A stretch of 64,000 nucleotides of DNA from Clostridia bacterium (GCA_051886195.1 JBJEXW010000037.1:7831-71830); one strand, 5' to 3'. Numbered from the stretch's first letter, positions 30,301 to 39,853 are shown. The notes: generated by a model from the letters alone, not told the origin. Numbers and translations: made by a program.

Positions 30301-32244
30301 AAGACAAATGGAAATAAAAGTGAAGATAAATATGTAAATAGTGCATCTACGCAAGTATATGCAACAACAAATGCAATTATAACTTCAGATGTAACTGCAC
30401 AAGTTGTTTCTAGAATGATTGAAGGTATTGTTTGGTACGATTTAAATAATGATGGTATTATGGATGATAACGAACCAAAGGCTTCTAATATAAAATTAAC
30501 TTTGACAGATAGCCAAGGAAATATAGTTACAGATGTTGATGATAATGCTGTTTCAGATGTGTTTACAGATGAAAATGGGTATTATAGTTTTTCAAACTTA
30601 AAAGCATATGATTATTATGTAAAAATTACTATGCCAAATTCTACGTATAGTATAACAGAGAAGAATGTTGGTACAAAAGCTACTGTAAATAGTAAGTTTA
30701 ATCAAGATACTCAAGAAACTGATTTAATTACTAAATTAAATTCTGTTACTTTACCAAATTTAGTTGTATCAAATCAAAATGCAGGACTTGTTAAAAAGCC
30801 AACAAAAGTAGTAGTGATGTATAAAGAAGTTGGAACAGAAGAAATACTAGCGGATACTGAAACTATTGAAGGAAGAGCAGATGATCCATATACTACACTC
30901 AATAAACTTGATGAAATAAATGAAGAAAATAATAACAAATATAATTTTGTAAGGGTAGATGGCAATACTGAAGGAACTATGGAACCTGATACAATTTATA
31001 TAACTTACTGGTATCAAAAGAAACCAACAAATATTTTAGTAAAATATATAGATATTGATACAAACGAAGAAATTTATGATGAATATATAGAATATGGAAA
31101 TATAGATCAAGAATATATTACAATTAACCAATTAGATAATATAAATAAAAAATATGGAAATATATATGATTTTGTAAGAGTAGATGGTGACGCTCAAGGA
31201 ACAATGGAGGCCACTCAAAAAGTAATTACATATTTTTACCAGAAGAAAGTTGGCGAAATTGAAGTAAATTATTTAGAATATGGGACTAATATAGTTTTAG
31301 CTGAAAAGATAAATAGCACAAAACAAATAGGAACTCCATATGAAACTTTAGATAAAATAGACGAGATAAATAATAATAGTGATTATGTATATGAGTTAAT
31401 TTCAATAAGTGGTTCAACTACAGGCGAATATAAATTAGAAAAACAAGTAATAACATATTACTATGCTAAAAAAGGTTCAAAAGTCGTAACTAAATATGTA
31501 GATATTGACACAAATGAAGAAATATATGATTTAGATGTCAATGTAGGAGCAATTGGTCAAGAATATTCTACAATAAATCAAATAGATAATATAAATAAGA
31601 AATATGATGGATTATATACTTTTGTAAAAGTTGATGGAAATACATCAGGAAACATGACAGAAAATACTATATTTATTACATACTATTATCAAAAAGGTAT
31701 GGGAGAAATTGAAGTAAATTACGTAGAAGTTGATACTAATGAAGTTTTAGCAAAACAAATTACATCTATTGGTAGAATTGGGACAGGATATGAAACACAA
31801 GATAAAGTTCAAGAAATCAATGATACTCACGAATATGTTTATGAGTTAGTAAAAGTTGAAGGAAATGCAGTAGGTAATTATTCAAAAGAAAAGCAAGTAA
31901 TAACATATTATTATAAAAAATCAATGTCTAAAATTATAGTAAAATTCGTATCAGAAGATACTCAAGAGGAGTTAGCAGAAAGAGAAGAATATACAGATTA
32001 TGTTGGAAAAGAATATTCAACAAATCCAAAAGATATTGAAGGATGGAAATTAGTAGAAAGTAAGATTCCATATAATAAAAATGGTAAATATCAAAAAGAT
32101 ATAATAGAAGTAATATACTATTATAATAAAATTGATAATACACAAGAAAATACAAATACTTCAGATATAAATGTTATTTTATTAACTATTGTTATGATAA
32201 TATCAATATGTGGAATAGTAAGATTTAAGAAAATTTGTAAATAG
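27397..32244 (+). CDS. large cell-surface protein (putative adhesin) with DUF11-like, SdrD-B/Cna-B-like and six MucBP-like repeats
   Basis: 1615 aa. N-terminal signal peptide and a ~1000-aa region with no motif I recognise. Then a DUF11-type segment (IHYTVSYKNNTDSIIEDFQLLDILP), an SdrD-B-like segment (GIVWYDLNNDGIMDDNEP...TDENGYYSFSNL), six ~75-aa MucBP-like repeats, and a C-terminal TM helix with an RFKKICK tail. Confidence 0.85.
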   Translation: MKRLKLLSIIVLSLAFILNIGTVKATDLLEDDAAIVTSIELKQLKTGTGPWDDNDEAGNDSSANNLIVRSFDQVTWTIENTMEITNDAEKYTGGKLYFEVTIPEGFTSETFKWDLDSMNWIEEPQVSSDGMTLTGYYSMKTTDTTIPGKQNLIFTGKVLGARNGTILDPVFKTWLNGNTEDEYCTAKFDKITVSSTPNYNVKIARNGSCANRTTITLDGKEVGGRMFGYVVIFQLYNTSVSKGMKGVEYPTGEFLTDIKLNLYKKVKGANEDISDEVTPILWQYYIAGTGGTAGAGFIEGREIYKGNSGYVYNGSNLTPNGYLTSNRDNCIFDSGIPTMTQEDNTIHLSIKDYKFDGIFPRVTRDGNANTATVYPANVGCFSSIQFQVFVPDFDTYDSTGTYYLYVTDENMQATSLSNITSNTQNATNDDSTNVQYMQYKTGSYSNYIHLVKRKDKNLWISYCSSGWGAGDSRVYRGQEISICPQFTQHESNDEECKIQSINNLLKFDGDCYDPVVLSDGTAFQVTPNEMTFKIWYATKKDGTNWSSQTEMNKATLDDMILYKTLDEIPDGYTCTGIYMESTGGIMNSTSSMLRIPFVIKQTANINQTYGVTQIPVYFTESLDRSIYTVDNPDVVWPTNYVYRSQRDYVKSEFDEAGAIITGTHYNGISWGNTAQVVGAEQSISIVAIDPNTQENKINYDMSKNEYDVTFKMSPVLKNTIDTVNFGESDVTVDAIAKLPSSMSYVAGSSNYGDPELTLNPDGTTTLTWTIYNCTVNETIEPITFKGHINEESSNGEQITVNAEIDADTTKIGTTRPAARVAQTTVQVIDLAAHRLYKTVKTPVIEQNGEIHYTVSYKNNTDSIIEDFQLLDILPYNGDTRGTDYTGTMQVTKLVITQKDENGNVLSSNDNLKLYYTSDESAKEATAKDQNLGEDWTLSTSENIMSSLTAFALKGKVGSQGLVTVDIYIKTNGNKSEDKYVNSASTQVYATTNAIITSDVTAQVVSRMIEGIVWYDLNNDGIMDDNEPKASNIKLTLTDSQGNIVTDVDDNAVSDVFTDENGYYSFSNLKAYDYYVKITMPNSTYSITEKNVGTKATVNSKFNQDTQETDLITKLNSVTLPNLVVSNQNAGLVKKPTKVVVMYKEVGTEEILADTETIEGRADDPYTTLNKLDEINEENNNKYNFVRVDGNTEGTMEPDTIYITYWYQKKPTNILVKYIDIDTNEEIYDEYIEYGNIDQEYITINQLDNINKKYGNIYDFVRVDGDAQGTMEATQKVITYFYQKKVGEIEVNYLEYGTNIVLAEKINSTKQIGTPYETLDKIDEINNNSDYVYELISISGSTTGEYKLEKQVITYYYAKKGSKVVTKYVDIDTNEEIYDLDVNVGAIGQEYSTINQIDNINKKYDGLYTFVKVDGNTSGNMTENTIFITYYYQKGMGEIEVNYVEVDTNEVLAKQITSIGRIGTGYETQDKVQEINDTHEYVYELVKVEGNAVGNYSKEKQVITYYYKKSMSKIIVKFVSEDTQEELAEREEYTDYVGKEYSTNPKDIEGWKLVESKIPYNKNGKYQKDIIEVIYYYNKIDNTQENTNTSDINVILLTIVMIISICGIVRFKKICK
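30796..32133 (+). repeat. six tandem ~225-bp coding repeats (MucBP-like) inside the surface-protein gene
   Basis: Repeat units start KPTKVVVMYKE, KPTNILVKYIDIDTNEEIYD, VGEIEVNYLEYGTN, SKVVTKYVDIDTNEEIYD, MGEIEVNYVEVDTN and SKIIVKFVSEDTQ. Units 2+3 and 4+5 form a ~459-bp double-unit duplication. Confidence 0.8.
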
Positions 32245-32257
32245 TAAATTCTAGATA

Positions 32258-32296
32258 GATAAAGGAGAGTTAATATAATTCTCCTTTATCTTTTTT
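32258..32296 (+). terminator. rho-independent terminator
   Basis: Stem GATAAAGGAGA / TCTCCTTTATC followed by T6. Confidence 0.85.
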
Positions 32297-32372
32297 ATTT
32301 ATATATTTTTCATATTTTTATAGTTAAAATATATTATATATTATAAGAAAAATATAAAAGGAGATTGATAAA

Positions 32373-32933
32373 ATGAATTGCAATCAAAATTTTAGAGTAA
32401 AAAGATATTTAGAAAAGTATGAAGAAACATTATGTATGATGGAACGAAAGATGTTGGGTGTAAAAATTAAAGAAAATATAACAAAGAATTTTATAGAATG
32501 TATGATTCCTCATCATAAGGCTGCTATTTGTATATCTGAGAATATAATACAATATGTAGAATACGAGCCAATAAAAGACATTGCTAATAATATAATAAAA
32601 ATTCAAACAGATGAAATACAAAGAATGAATGAAATAAATGACATAACAAATGGATATGATAATTCACAAAAAGATATAAGATGTTATAGGGAAAAATATT
32701 GTGATATTGTAAATTTAATGTTATATAAGATGAAAAGAAGTCCAAGAAGTCTAAACATTTGTATAAACTATATAAATGAAATGATACATCATCATGAAGG
32801 AGCAATAAATATGTGTGAAAATTTATTAGCATATTACATTGATCCAAGAATTAAAGACGTTGCTGAATCTATGATTAAAAATCAAAAAGAAGAAGTAAAT
32901 GAATATAAAAAAACGATTTCGAAACTATATTAA
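32373..32933 (+). CDS. DUF305-like protein
   Basis: Two copies of the MIxHHxxAI motif (ECMIPHHKAAICISENI and NEMIHHHEGAINMCENL). No signal peptide is visible. Confidence 0.7.
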   Translation: MNCNQNFRVKRYLEKYEETLCMMERKMLGVKIKENITKNFIECMIPHHKAAICISENIIQYVEYEPIKDIANNIIKIQTDEIQRMNEINDITNGYDNSQKDIRCYREKYCDIVNLMLYKMKRSPRSLNICINYINEMIHHHEGAINMCENLLAYYIDPRIKDVAESMIKNQKEEVNEYKKTISKLY

Positions 32934-33048
32934 TAAAAATCTTAGTATAAATAATTAAATATTATAAAACAATATATTTAGACAATATACAAATAAGTTT
33001 GCTAAATATCTTCTTTTATGATATATTTTTTATACTAGGAGGATTTTT

Positions 33049-34194
33049 ATGAATTTAAAAAATCACATAAAAATATTGATATTATCTTGTGGAACTGGAG
33101 GAGGACATAATTCAGCAGCAATTGCTATACAAGAGAAATTTTTAAATAGAGGAATAGAAGCAGATTTTATAGAATATTTGGAAATAATTAATGAAAAAGT
33201 AAAAGATCAAGTTAATAAGCTATATATCAATTCGACTAAGGGAGAAGGAAAGATTTTTAAAACCGTATATCATTTAGGTGAATTATATGAAAAAACAAAA
33301 TTGAAGTCACCAATATATCAACTTAATTCTTTAAATAAAAATAAATTGTATAAATATATAATAGATAATAATTACGATTATGTTATAACCACACATTTAT
33401 TTCCAACTCAAGCTTTAACAGCAATAAAGAAAAACAAAGAAGTACACTTTATAGCTGTTGCAACAGATTATGTAAGTATTCCTTTTTGGGAAGAGACAAA
33501 TCCAGATTATTTTGTTATTCCAAGTAGAGATTTAGAAGGAGATTTTGTAAAGAAGGGGATAGATAGAAACAAGCTACTTGCATTTGGAATACCTGTAAGA
33601 GAGGCATATACTAAGGAATATAAAGAGGAAGAATGTAAAAAGAATTTAAATTTAGATATAAACAAAAGATATGTATTAATTTTAACTGGAAGTATGGGTT
33701 TTGGTAATATTAAGACAATATTAAAAGAATTATTGTGTGTTATAAAGAATGTTAACTTTATAGTTGCGTGTGGAAATAATACCAAAATGGTAGATGAACT
33801 AAGTAAAGAATACGAAAGAGATTCTAGGGTAATTGCATTGCCTTTTACAACAAATATAAGTGAATATATGAAAATTAGTGAAGTAATTCTTACTAAGCCT
33901 GGAGGACTTACAACAACTGAAATAGCTAATTTAAGAAAGCCACTTATTCATACTATGCCAATACCAGGATGCGAAAACTATAATGCAAATTTTTTTGAGT
34001 CAAGAAAAATGTCTTTAAAATGTGAAGATGAAAAAGATATTATAGCAAAAACAAAAGAATTACTAGAAAATAAAGAATTACAAAAAGAAATAATTGAAAA
34101 TCAAAGACATTTTATAAGCAATAATACTTGTCAAAAAATAGTAGATTTTGTTTTAAATGAAGTAAGTAAAGGAATTAATAATTATGATAAGTGA
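33049..34194 (+). CDS. diacylglycerol glycosyltransferase (MGDG-synthase/GT28-like, UgtP-type)
   Basis: N-terminus ILILSCGTGGGHNSAAIAI and C-terminal LTKPGGLTTTE motif. Confidence 0.8.
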   Translation: MNLKNHIKILILSCGTGGGHNSAAIAIQEKFLNRGIEADFIEYLEIINEKVKDQVNKLYINSTKGEGKIFKTVYHLGELYEKTKLKSPIYQLNSLNKNKLYKYIIDNNYDYVITTHLFPTQALTAIKKNKEVHFIAVATDYVSIPFWEETNPDYFVIPSRDLEGDFVKKGIDRNKLLAFGIPVREAYTKEYKEEECKKNLNLDINKRYVLILTGSMGFGNIKTILKELLCVIKNVNFIVACGNNTKMVDELSKEYERDSRVIALPFTTNISEYMKISEVILTKPGGLTTTEIANLRKPLIHTMPIPGCENYNANFFESRKMSLKCEDEKDIIAKTKELLENKELQKEIIENQRHFISNNTCQKIVDFVLNEVSKGINNYDK

Positions 34195-34924
34195 AGAAAG
34201 AAACATAGAAAATGAAGATGTTATACATCAGTGGGAACCACTTAAGTTTAACATAAATGAAAATTATAAATATGTTCCTAACGGTATAATTTTTAAATTT
34301 TTTTCAAATTTGTTATATTATGGCATAGCTTTTCCAATATTATTTTTAATTCTTAAAATTAGATATGATTTAAAAATCGAGGGAAAAGAAAACATTAAAA
34401 ACTTAAAAACTGGTGCTATTAGTGTGTCAAACCATGTATTAATTTTAGATTGTGCAATGGTTGGAATTGCATGTATTAGAAAAAAAGTATTTTTTACAAC
34501 AAGAGAAGGAAGTTTTAAAATACCATTTGTAAGGAAATTAATTAGACTATTAAGAGCAATTCCAATACCAAAGGATATAAAAAATAAAGAACATTTTATT
34601 ATGGCAGTGGACAAGCTGTTAAAAGATAATAAAATCGTACATTTTTATCCTGAAGCTGCACTTTGGCCATTTTGTGAAAAACTTAGAAATTTTAAAAAAG
34701 GAGCCTTTGGATTTGCAATAAGAAATAATGTACCAATACTTCCAATTGTAATCACTTTTAGAAAGCCAAAAGGAATTAGAAAATTTCTAAAAATAGAAAA
34801 AGACGTTACTTTAAAAATCTTACCTCCAATATATGGAGATGAATGCAAAGAAAAATCTCAAACAGAAAGAGAATCAGAATTAAAGGAAAAGGTATATTTA
34901 GTTATGAAAGAGCATTTGAAATAA
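34184..34924 (+). CDS. lysophospholipid/1-acyl-glycerol-3-phosphate acyltransferase family protein
   Basis: HX4D motif as NHVLILD, a later FYPEAA motif, and an N-terminal TM helix. It overlaps the upstream gene by 11 nt (ATGATAAGTGA). Confidence 0.8.
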   Translation: MISEERNIENEDVIHQWEPLKFNINENYKYVPNGIIFKFFSNLLYYGIAFPILFLILKIRYDLKIEGKENIKNLKTGAISVSNHVLILDCAMVGIACIRKKVFFTTREGSFKIPFVRKLIRLLRAIPIPKDIKNKEHFIMAVDKLLKDNKIVHFYPEAALWPFCEKLRNFKKGAFGFAIRNNVPILPIVITFRKPKGIRKFLKIEKDVTLKILPPIYGDECKEKSQTERESELKEKVYLVMKEHLK

Positions 34925-34958
34925 AAGAATTTCAAATAATAAGAAATAAGGTGTATTT

Positions 34959-36584
34959 ATGAAAAATATAAAAGAAAAGATTAAAAAATTATTTAATAAA
35001 TTTAAGAAATTATTTGAAACATATCCATTAACATTATTTGTTATAGTTATTACAACTATAATTTTAGCAATTACTATTGATACAGAAATTTTAGATAGCA
35101 TATCATTAGATAACATATTATTGTTTTCAGCACTATTTGGATGTGGAAATTTATTTATAGAAACAATCTTTAAAAAAATTGATATAAAGAAGATAAGTTT
35201 GTATATTTTATCTGCTATATTTGCATTGACAATAACATTTAGTACAAATATAGAAAATGATGTGTTAGGAATAAAAAATACAGTATTTATTGGATATATT
35301 TCAAGGATAATTGTATGTTATTTAGTGTCTACAGTAGCAATTACAATATATATTCATTATAAGAATAGTAAATTGGAGTTTAATGAATATATTTTAAAAG
35401 CCGGAATCAATTTTTTTAGAACAGGGCTTATTTATTTATTATTAGTAATAGGTCTTGCAATGATAACATCAGTATTTGTATTCTTGTTATTAAGTGGAGA
35501 AAATTATTCTTTAGTATATAGAGTACAAATATTATTGATTGGTTTCTTTCTTTTACCGATGAGTATAAATTCAGTATATGATTTAAAAAATGAAATTGAT
35601 AAATTTGAAAAAATAATAGTAAGATATGTTTTAGATGTTCTTGTAATTATAGCCTTTGTAGTAATTTATTTATATATCGGAAAGATAATTATATTGAGGG
35701 ATATGCCTGCAAATCAAATATTTAGAATTATTGCTATTTTATTTGTTATTGGATGTCCTATATGGATAGTTGCAGGATATTTTAAAGATAATGATTTCCT
35801 AGCTAAAATAAATAATAAGTTACCAATACTTTTTATTCCATTTATATTATTACAAATATATACAATAGGTGTAAGAATATATTATAATGGAATGACTGAA
35901 CCAAGATATTTGTGTATTATGTTAATAATCTTTGAAATAATATATACAATTATATATATGAAAAATAAAGAAAAAATTGGAAATATAATACTTGTTTTAG
36001 TAATAATAACAATAATATCTGGAATTATACCATATTTAAATATGTTTAAGATTTCACAAATAAGTCAGTATAATAATCTGAAGATTATTAAAGAAAAAGA
36101 GAATTTAAGTGAGCTAGAGAAAGAGAAAGTTGCTGGAGCATATTATTATTTAAAAGATACTGAAGAAGGTAAAGAATTAATTACTGGTCTTCTAACTCAA
36201 GATGAAATAGATGAAATAGTAAAATATAATGGAAATTCTAGTAATAAAAAAAGCATATATTTAAATAAAAATGTAGAAAATATAGATATTGCTGATTATA
36301 ATAAACTATATGTAATAAATAGTTATAATTATTATAAAGATTATAATTTGATTGAGAAAGAATTTAAAAACATTAAAGTGGATAATTATGAAATAGACTT
36401 GAGTAATATTATATTAGAATACATTGCTAATGAAGAAAATATAGAAGAATATTTTGAAGAAAATAACGAATATGTAATAACAGAAAATAAAAAGATAATA
36501 ATAGAAAGCTTAGTACTTTATTATGATAGTATAAATAAGACAGTTACAGATTATTCATTAGACGGATATTTACTAGTAAAATAA
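34959..36584 (+). CDS. polytopic membrane protein with C-terminal soluble domain (possibly DUF4153)
   Basis: 541 aa. About 10 TM helices followed by a ~170-aa N/K/E-rich domain. The family call is by eye only. Confidence 0.5.
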   Translation: MKNIKEKIKKLFNKFKKLFETYPLTLFVIVITTIILAITIDTEILDSISLDNILLFSALFGCGNLFIETIFKKIDIKKISLYILSAIFALTITFSTNIENDVLGIKNTVFIGYISRIIVCYLVSTVAITIYIHYKNSKLEFNEYILKAGINFFRTGLIYLLLVIGLAMITSVFVFLLLSGENYSLVYRVQILLIGFFLLPMSINSVYDLKNEIDKFEKIIVRYVLDVLVIIAFVVIYLYIGKIIILRDMPANQIFRIIAILFVIGCPIWIVAGYFKDNDFLAKINNKLPILFIPFILLQIYTIGVRIYYNGMTEPRYLCIMLIIFEIIYTIIYMKNKEKIGNIILVLVIITIISGIIPYLNMFKISQISQYNNLKIIKEKENLSELEKEKVAGAYYYLKDTEEGKELITGLLTQDEIDEIVKYNGNSSNKKSIYLNKNVENIDIADYNKLYVINSYNYYKDYNLIEKEFKNIKVDNYEIDLSNIILEYIANEENIEEYFEENNEYVITENKKIIIESLVLYYDSINKTVTDYSLDGYLLVK

Positions 36585-36601
36585 TAAAGGAGGATTTGAA
36601 A

Positions 36602-37540
36602 TTGGAAAATATTATTGAAGTTAAAAATTTGGTTAAAGAGTATAAAAATTTAAAAGCAGTAGATAATTTATCGTTTGAAGTCAAAAAAGGAGAAATTCTT
36701 GGACTTTTAGGTCCAAATGGAAGTGGTAAAACTACAACAATAAACTGTATTCTATCGTTATTAAATTTTAATAAAGGGAGTATAAAAATATTTGGTAAAG
36801 AGATGAAACCAAATGCGTATGATATTAAAAGAAATATTGGAGTAGTATTTCAGGATGTGGCAGTATTTGATGAACTAAATGTTTATGATAATATAGACTA
36901 TTTTTGTGGACTATATATAAAAGACAAGGCTACAAGAAAAAAATATATTGAGGATGCAATAAACTTAGTTGGACTAAATGAATTTAAAAAATATTTACCT
37001 AAGCAATTATCTGGAGGATTATTAAGAAGATTAAATATTGCTTGTGGAATAGCGCACAAACCACAACTAATATTTTTAGATGAACCTACTGTTGCAGTTG
37101 ATCCACAAAGTAGAAATAATATATTAGATGGAATAGAAAAATTGAGAGAAAATGGAGCAACTATAGTATATACTACACATTATATGGAAGAAGTTGAGAT
37201 AATATGTGATAGAGTAATTATACTAGATAAAGGAAAAATAATTGCATGTGGTACAACAGATGAATTAAAAGAATTAGCTAAAATAGAAGAAAAGGTCACT
37301 GTTGAAGTATGTAATTTAGATGAAGAATATATAGAGAAAATTAAGAAATTTGAAAATGTGGATAATGTAACTTATTGTAATAATGTTTTACTTATTACAT
37401 ATAAAGAAGGCAAAAATAATCTTGTTGATTTAATAGAGTATTTAAAAGAAGAGAGTATTAAGTATAATAAAATATATTCAGAAAGACCAACACTAAATGA
37501 TGTATTTTTAGAGCTAACAGGAAAGGAACTTAGAGATTAA
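36602..37540 (+). CDS. ABC transporter ATP-binding protein (ABC-2/DrrA-like)
   Basis: Walker A GPNGSGKTT, signature LSGGLLRRL, Walker B IFLDEPT. The in-frame TTG at 36602 lies 8 nt after GGAGG and is preferred over the TTG at 36596. Confidence 0.9.
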   Translation: MENIIEVKNLVKEYKNLKAVDNLSFEVKKGEILGLLGPNGSGKTTTINCILSLLNFNKGSIKIFGKEMKPNAYDIKRNIGVVFQDVAVFDELNVYDNIDYFCGLYIKDKATRKKYIEDAINLVGLNEFKKYLPKQLSGGLLRRLNIACGIAHKPQLIFLDEPTVAVDPQSRNNILDGIEKLRENGATIVYTTHYMEEVEIICDRVIILDKGKIIACGTTDELKELAKIEEKVTVEVCNLDEEYIEKIKKFENVDNVTYCNNVLLITYKEGKNNLVDLIEYLKEESIKYNKIYSERPTLNDVFLELTGKELRD

Positions 37541-38718
37541 TGTTTATACACAATTTAAAGTATTCTTTAAAAACTCTCTTAAAAAATAAAATGTTAATAT
37601 TTTGGACTTTTGCCTTTCCAATAATACTTGGGACTTTTTTTAAATTAGCTTTTTCAAATATAGAAAATAGTGAAAAATTAGACATTATAGATATAGCTAT
37701 AGTAGATAATCAAGAATTAGAAGATAATCAAATATATAAACAAGCTTTTAATAAATTAAGCGAAGAAGAAAGTGAAAATAGATTATTTAATACTAAATAT
37801 GTATCTAAAGAAGAAGCAAAACAGTTGCTTCAGGATGATAAAATAGTTGGATATTTTATTCTAGAAAATGATCCTAAAGTTATAGTTTCAAATAGTGGAA
37901 TAGATGAAACTATTTTTAAATGTGTTACTGACGAAATAACTCAAACTACCGATGTGGTAATAGACGTTGCAAAAGATAATATTCAAAAGGAAATAATGAA
38001 CGGAAACTACAATATAGATTATGAAAAAATATATAGAAGTGTGGCAGAATTATATCAAAATCAAGAAGTAAACATAAAAGACATATCAAATAGCAATTTA
38101 AGTTATACAATGATTGAATATTATACTTTAATAGCAATGGCATGCTTATATGGTGGAATATTAGGAATGGTTGCCATAAATTATAATTTGCCAAATATGA
38201 GCAGTAATGGAAAAAGAATTGCAGTAAGCCCTACCTCAAAAGGTAAAATTATACTTAGTAGTGTTATCGCTAGTTATATTACTCAACTAATAGGAATTGC
38301 AATATTGTTTCTATTTACAGTTTTCATACTTAAAGTAGATTATGGAACTAATTTACCATTAGTTATTCTTTTAGCAATAGTAGGATGTTTAGCGGGCCTT
38401 TCAATTGGAGTTGCCAGCGCATCGCTATTAAAAACAAATGATAATGTAAAAACAGGAGTAATTATATCATTTACAATGGTAGGCTGCTTTTTATCAGGAA
38501 TGATGGGAATAACAATGAAGTATATTGTAGATAAAAATATACCTATTCTGAACAAATTAAATCCTGCAAATATGATAACAGATGGATTTTATTCATTATA
38601 TTATTATGATACTTTAGACAGATATTATTTCAATATTATAAGTTTACTAATATTTTCAATTGTTCTTATAGGACTTTCTATTTTGAGTTTAAGGAGGCAG
38701 AGATATGATAGTATTTAA
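37540..38718 (+). CDS. ABC-2 type transporter permease
   Basis: 392 aa. One N-terminal TM, a large extracytoplasmic loop, then 5 C-terminal TMs. The start overlaps the ATPase stop by 1 nt. Confidence 0.7.
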   Translation: MFIHNLKYSLKTLLKNKMLIFWTFAFPIILGTFFKLAFSNIENSEKLDIIDIAIVDNQELEDNQIYKQAFNKLSEEESENRLFNTKYVSKEEAKQLLQDDKIVGYFILENDPKVIVSNSGIDETIFKCVTDEITQTTDVVIDVAKDNIQKEIMNGNYNIDYEKIYRSVAELYQNQEVNIKDISNSNLSYTMIEYYTLIAMACLYGGILGMVAINYNLPNMSSNGKRIAVSPTSKGKIILSSVIASYITQLIGIAILFLFTVFILKVDYGTNLPLVILLAIVGCLAGLSIGVASASLLKTNDNVKTGVIISFTMVGCFLSGMMGITMKYIVDKNIPILNKLNPANMITDGFYSLYYYDTLDRYYFNIISLLIFSIVLIGLSILSLRRQRYDSI

Positions 38719-39853
38719 AACATTTCTTAAAGTATTAAAAGCATGTATTGTTCCTATTATCATGTATACTGTATTCTTAATTGGATTTGGTGGATTTAAT
38801 CTTAAAACGAGTGATACAAGCACTAGTTTTATATCTAGTAAGCCGGATATATTAATTATTAATGAAGATGTAAATGAAGGAGTTACTAAAAATTTAGTAG
38901 ACTATATACAAAACAATAGTAATCAAGTTGAAATTGGAGATAATAAAGAGGCAATTGATGATGCATTGTTTTATAGAGATGTAAATTATATTATTTATAT
39001 ACCAAAAAATTATAGAGAAAATTTTTTGAAAGGAAAAAATCCTCAAATTGAAGTAAAAAGCACTGGAGATTATCAATCATCTTTAGCTGAACTTATATTA
39101 TCAAGATACATTCAAATTGCTAATAGTTATAATAGTATATATAGTAGTGAAGAAGATATAATAGAAAAAATAAATGATACTTTGTCAAAAGAAACTGAAG
39201 TTGAAGTTACATCTACACTTGATACAAATACCTTATCTAAAGCTACATTTTATTATAATTTTGCAAGCTATAGTTTACTTGCAGGGTGTGTTTATGTTAT
39301 ATGTTTAATACTATCAAGTTTTAAATCTGAAAAAATTAAAAAGAGAACAATAATTAGCAGTACTAATTATAAAGAATTTAATCGAAAATTATTATTGTCT
39401 AACGGATTATTTGCATTAATACTATGGTTTTTCTATGTATTATTAAGTGTAGTTTTACTTGGAAACATAATGTTTACTACTCATGGATTAATTTATGTTG
39501 TAAATTCATTTGTATTTACATTTTGTACTTTAACAATAGCATTTTTAATTGGAAATATAATAAATAATAAAAATGCTATTAATGGTATAGTAAACGTTAT
39601 AGCACTTGGATCAAGTTTTTTATGTGGAGCTTTTGTACCAATGCAATGGCTGCCAGACACTGTGCTTAAAATAGCACATATTTTACCATCATATTATTAT
39701 ATTAGTACTAACGAGATATTAACAAATTTAGAAATAATAAATTTGGAAACAGTAAAACCAATATTAATAAATATGGTAGCAATATTATTATTTTCTTTTG
39801 GATTTATTATAATAACAAATATTATTTCAAAAAGAAAACAAAAGATAGGATAA
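38705..39853 (+). CDS. ABC-2 type transporter permease (second subunit)
   Basis: 382 aa with the same topology as the previous gene. It overlaps that gene by 14 nt. Confidence 0.7.
   Translation: MIVFKTFLKVLKACIVPIIMYTVFLIGFGGFNLKTSDTSTSFISSKPDILIINEDVNEGVTKNLVDYIQNNSNQVEIGDNKEAIDDALFYRDVNYIIYIPKNYRENFLKGKNPQIEVKSTGDYQSSLAELILSRYIQIANSYNSIYSSEEDIIEKINDTLSKETEVEVTSTLDTNTLSKATFYYNFASYSLLAGCVYVICLILSSFKSEKIKKRTIISSTNYKEFNRKLLLSNGLFALILWFFYVLLSVVLLGNIMFTTHGLIYVVNSFVFTFCTLTIAFLIGNIINNKNAINGIVNVIALGSSFLCGAFVPMQWLPDTVLKIAHILPSYYYISTNEILTNLEIINLETVKPILINMVAILLFSFGFIIITNIISKRKQKIG

Noticed and set aside
25491-32300. Possible genomic island integrated at tRNA-Trp (the CDF transporter, HAD and giant adhesin lie downstream)
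   Set aside because: There is no integrase or recombinase gene, I noticed no direct repeat of the tRNA 3' end, and no obvious compositional break.
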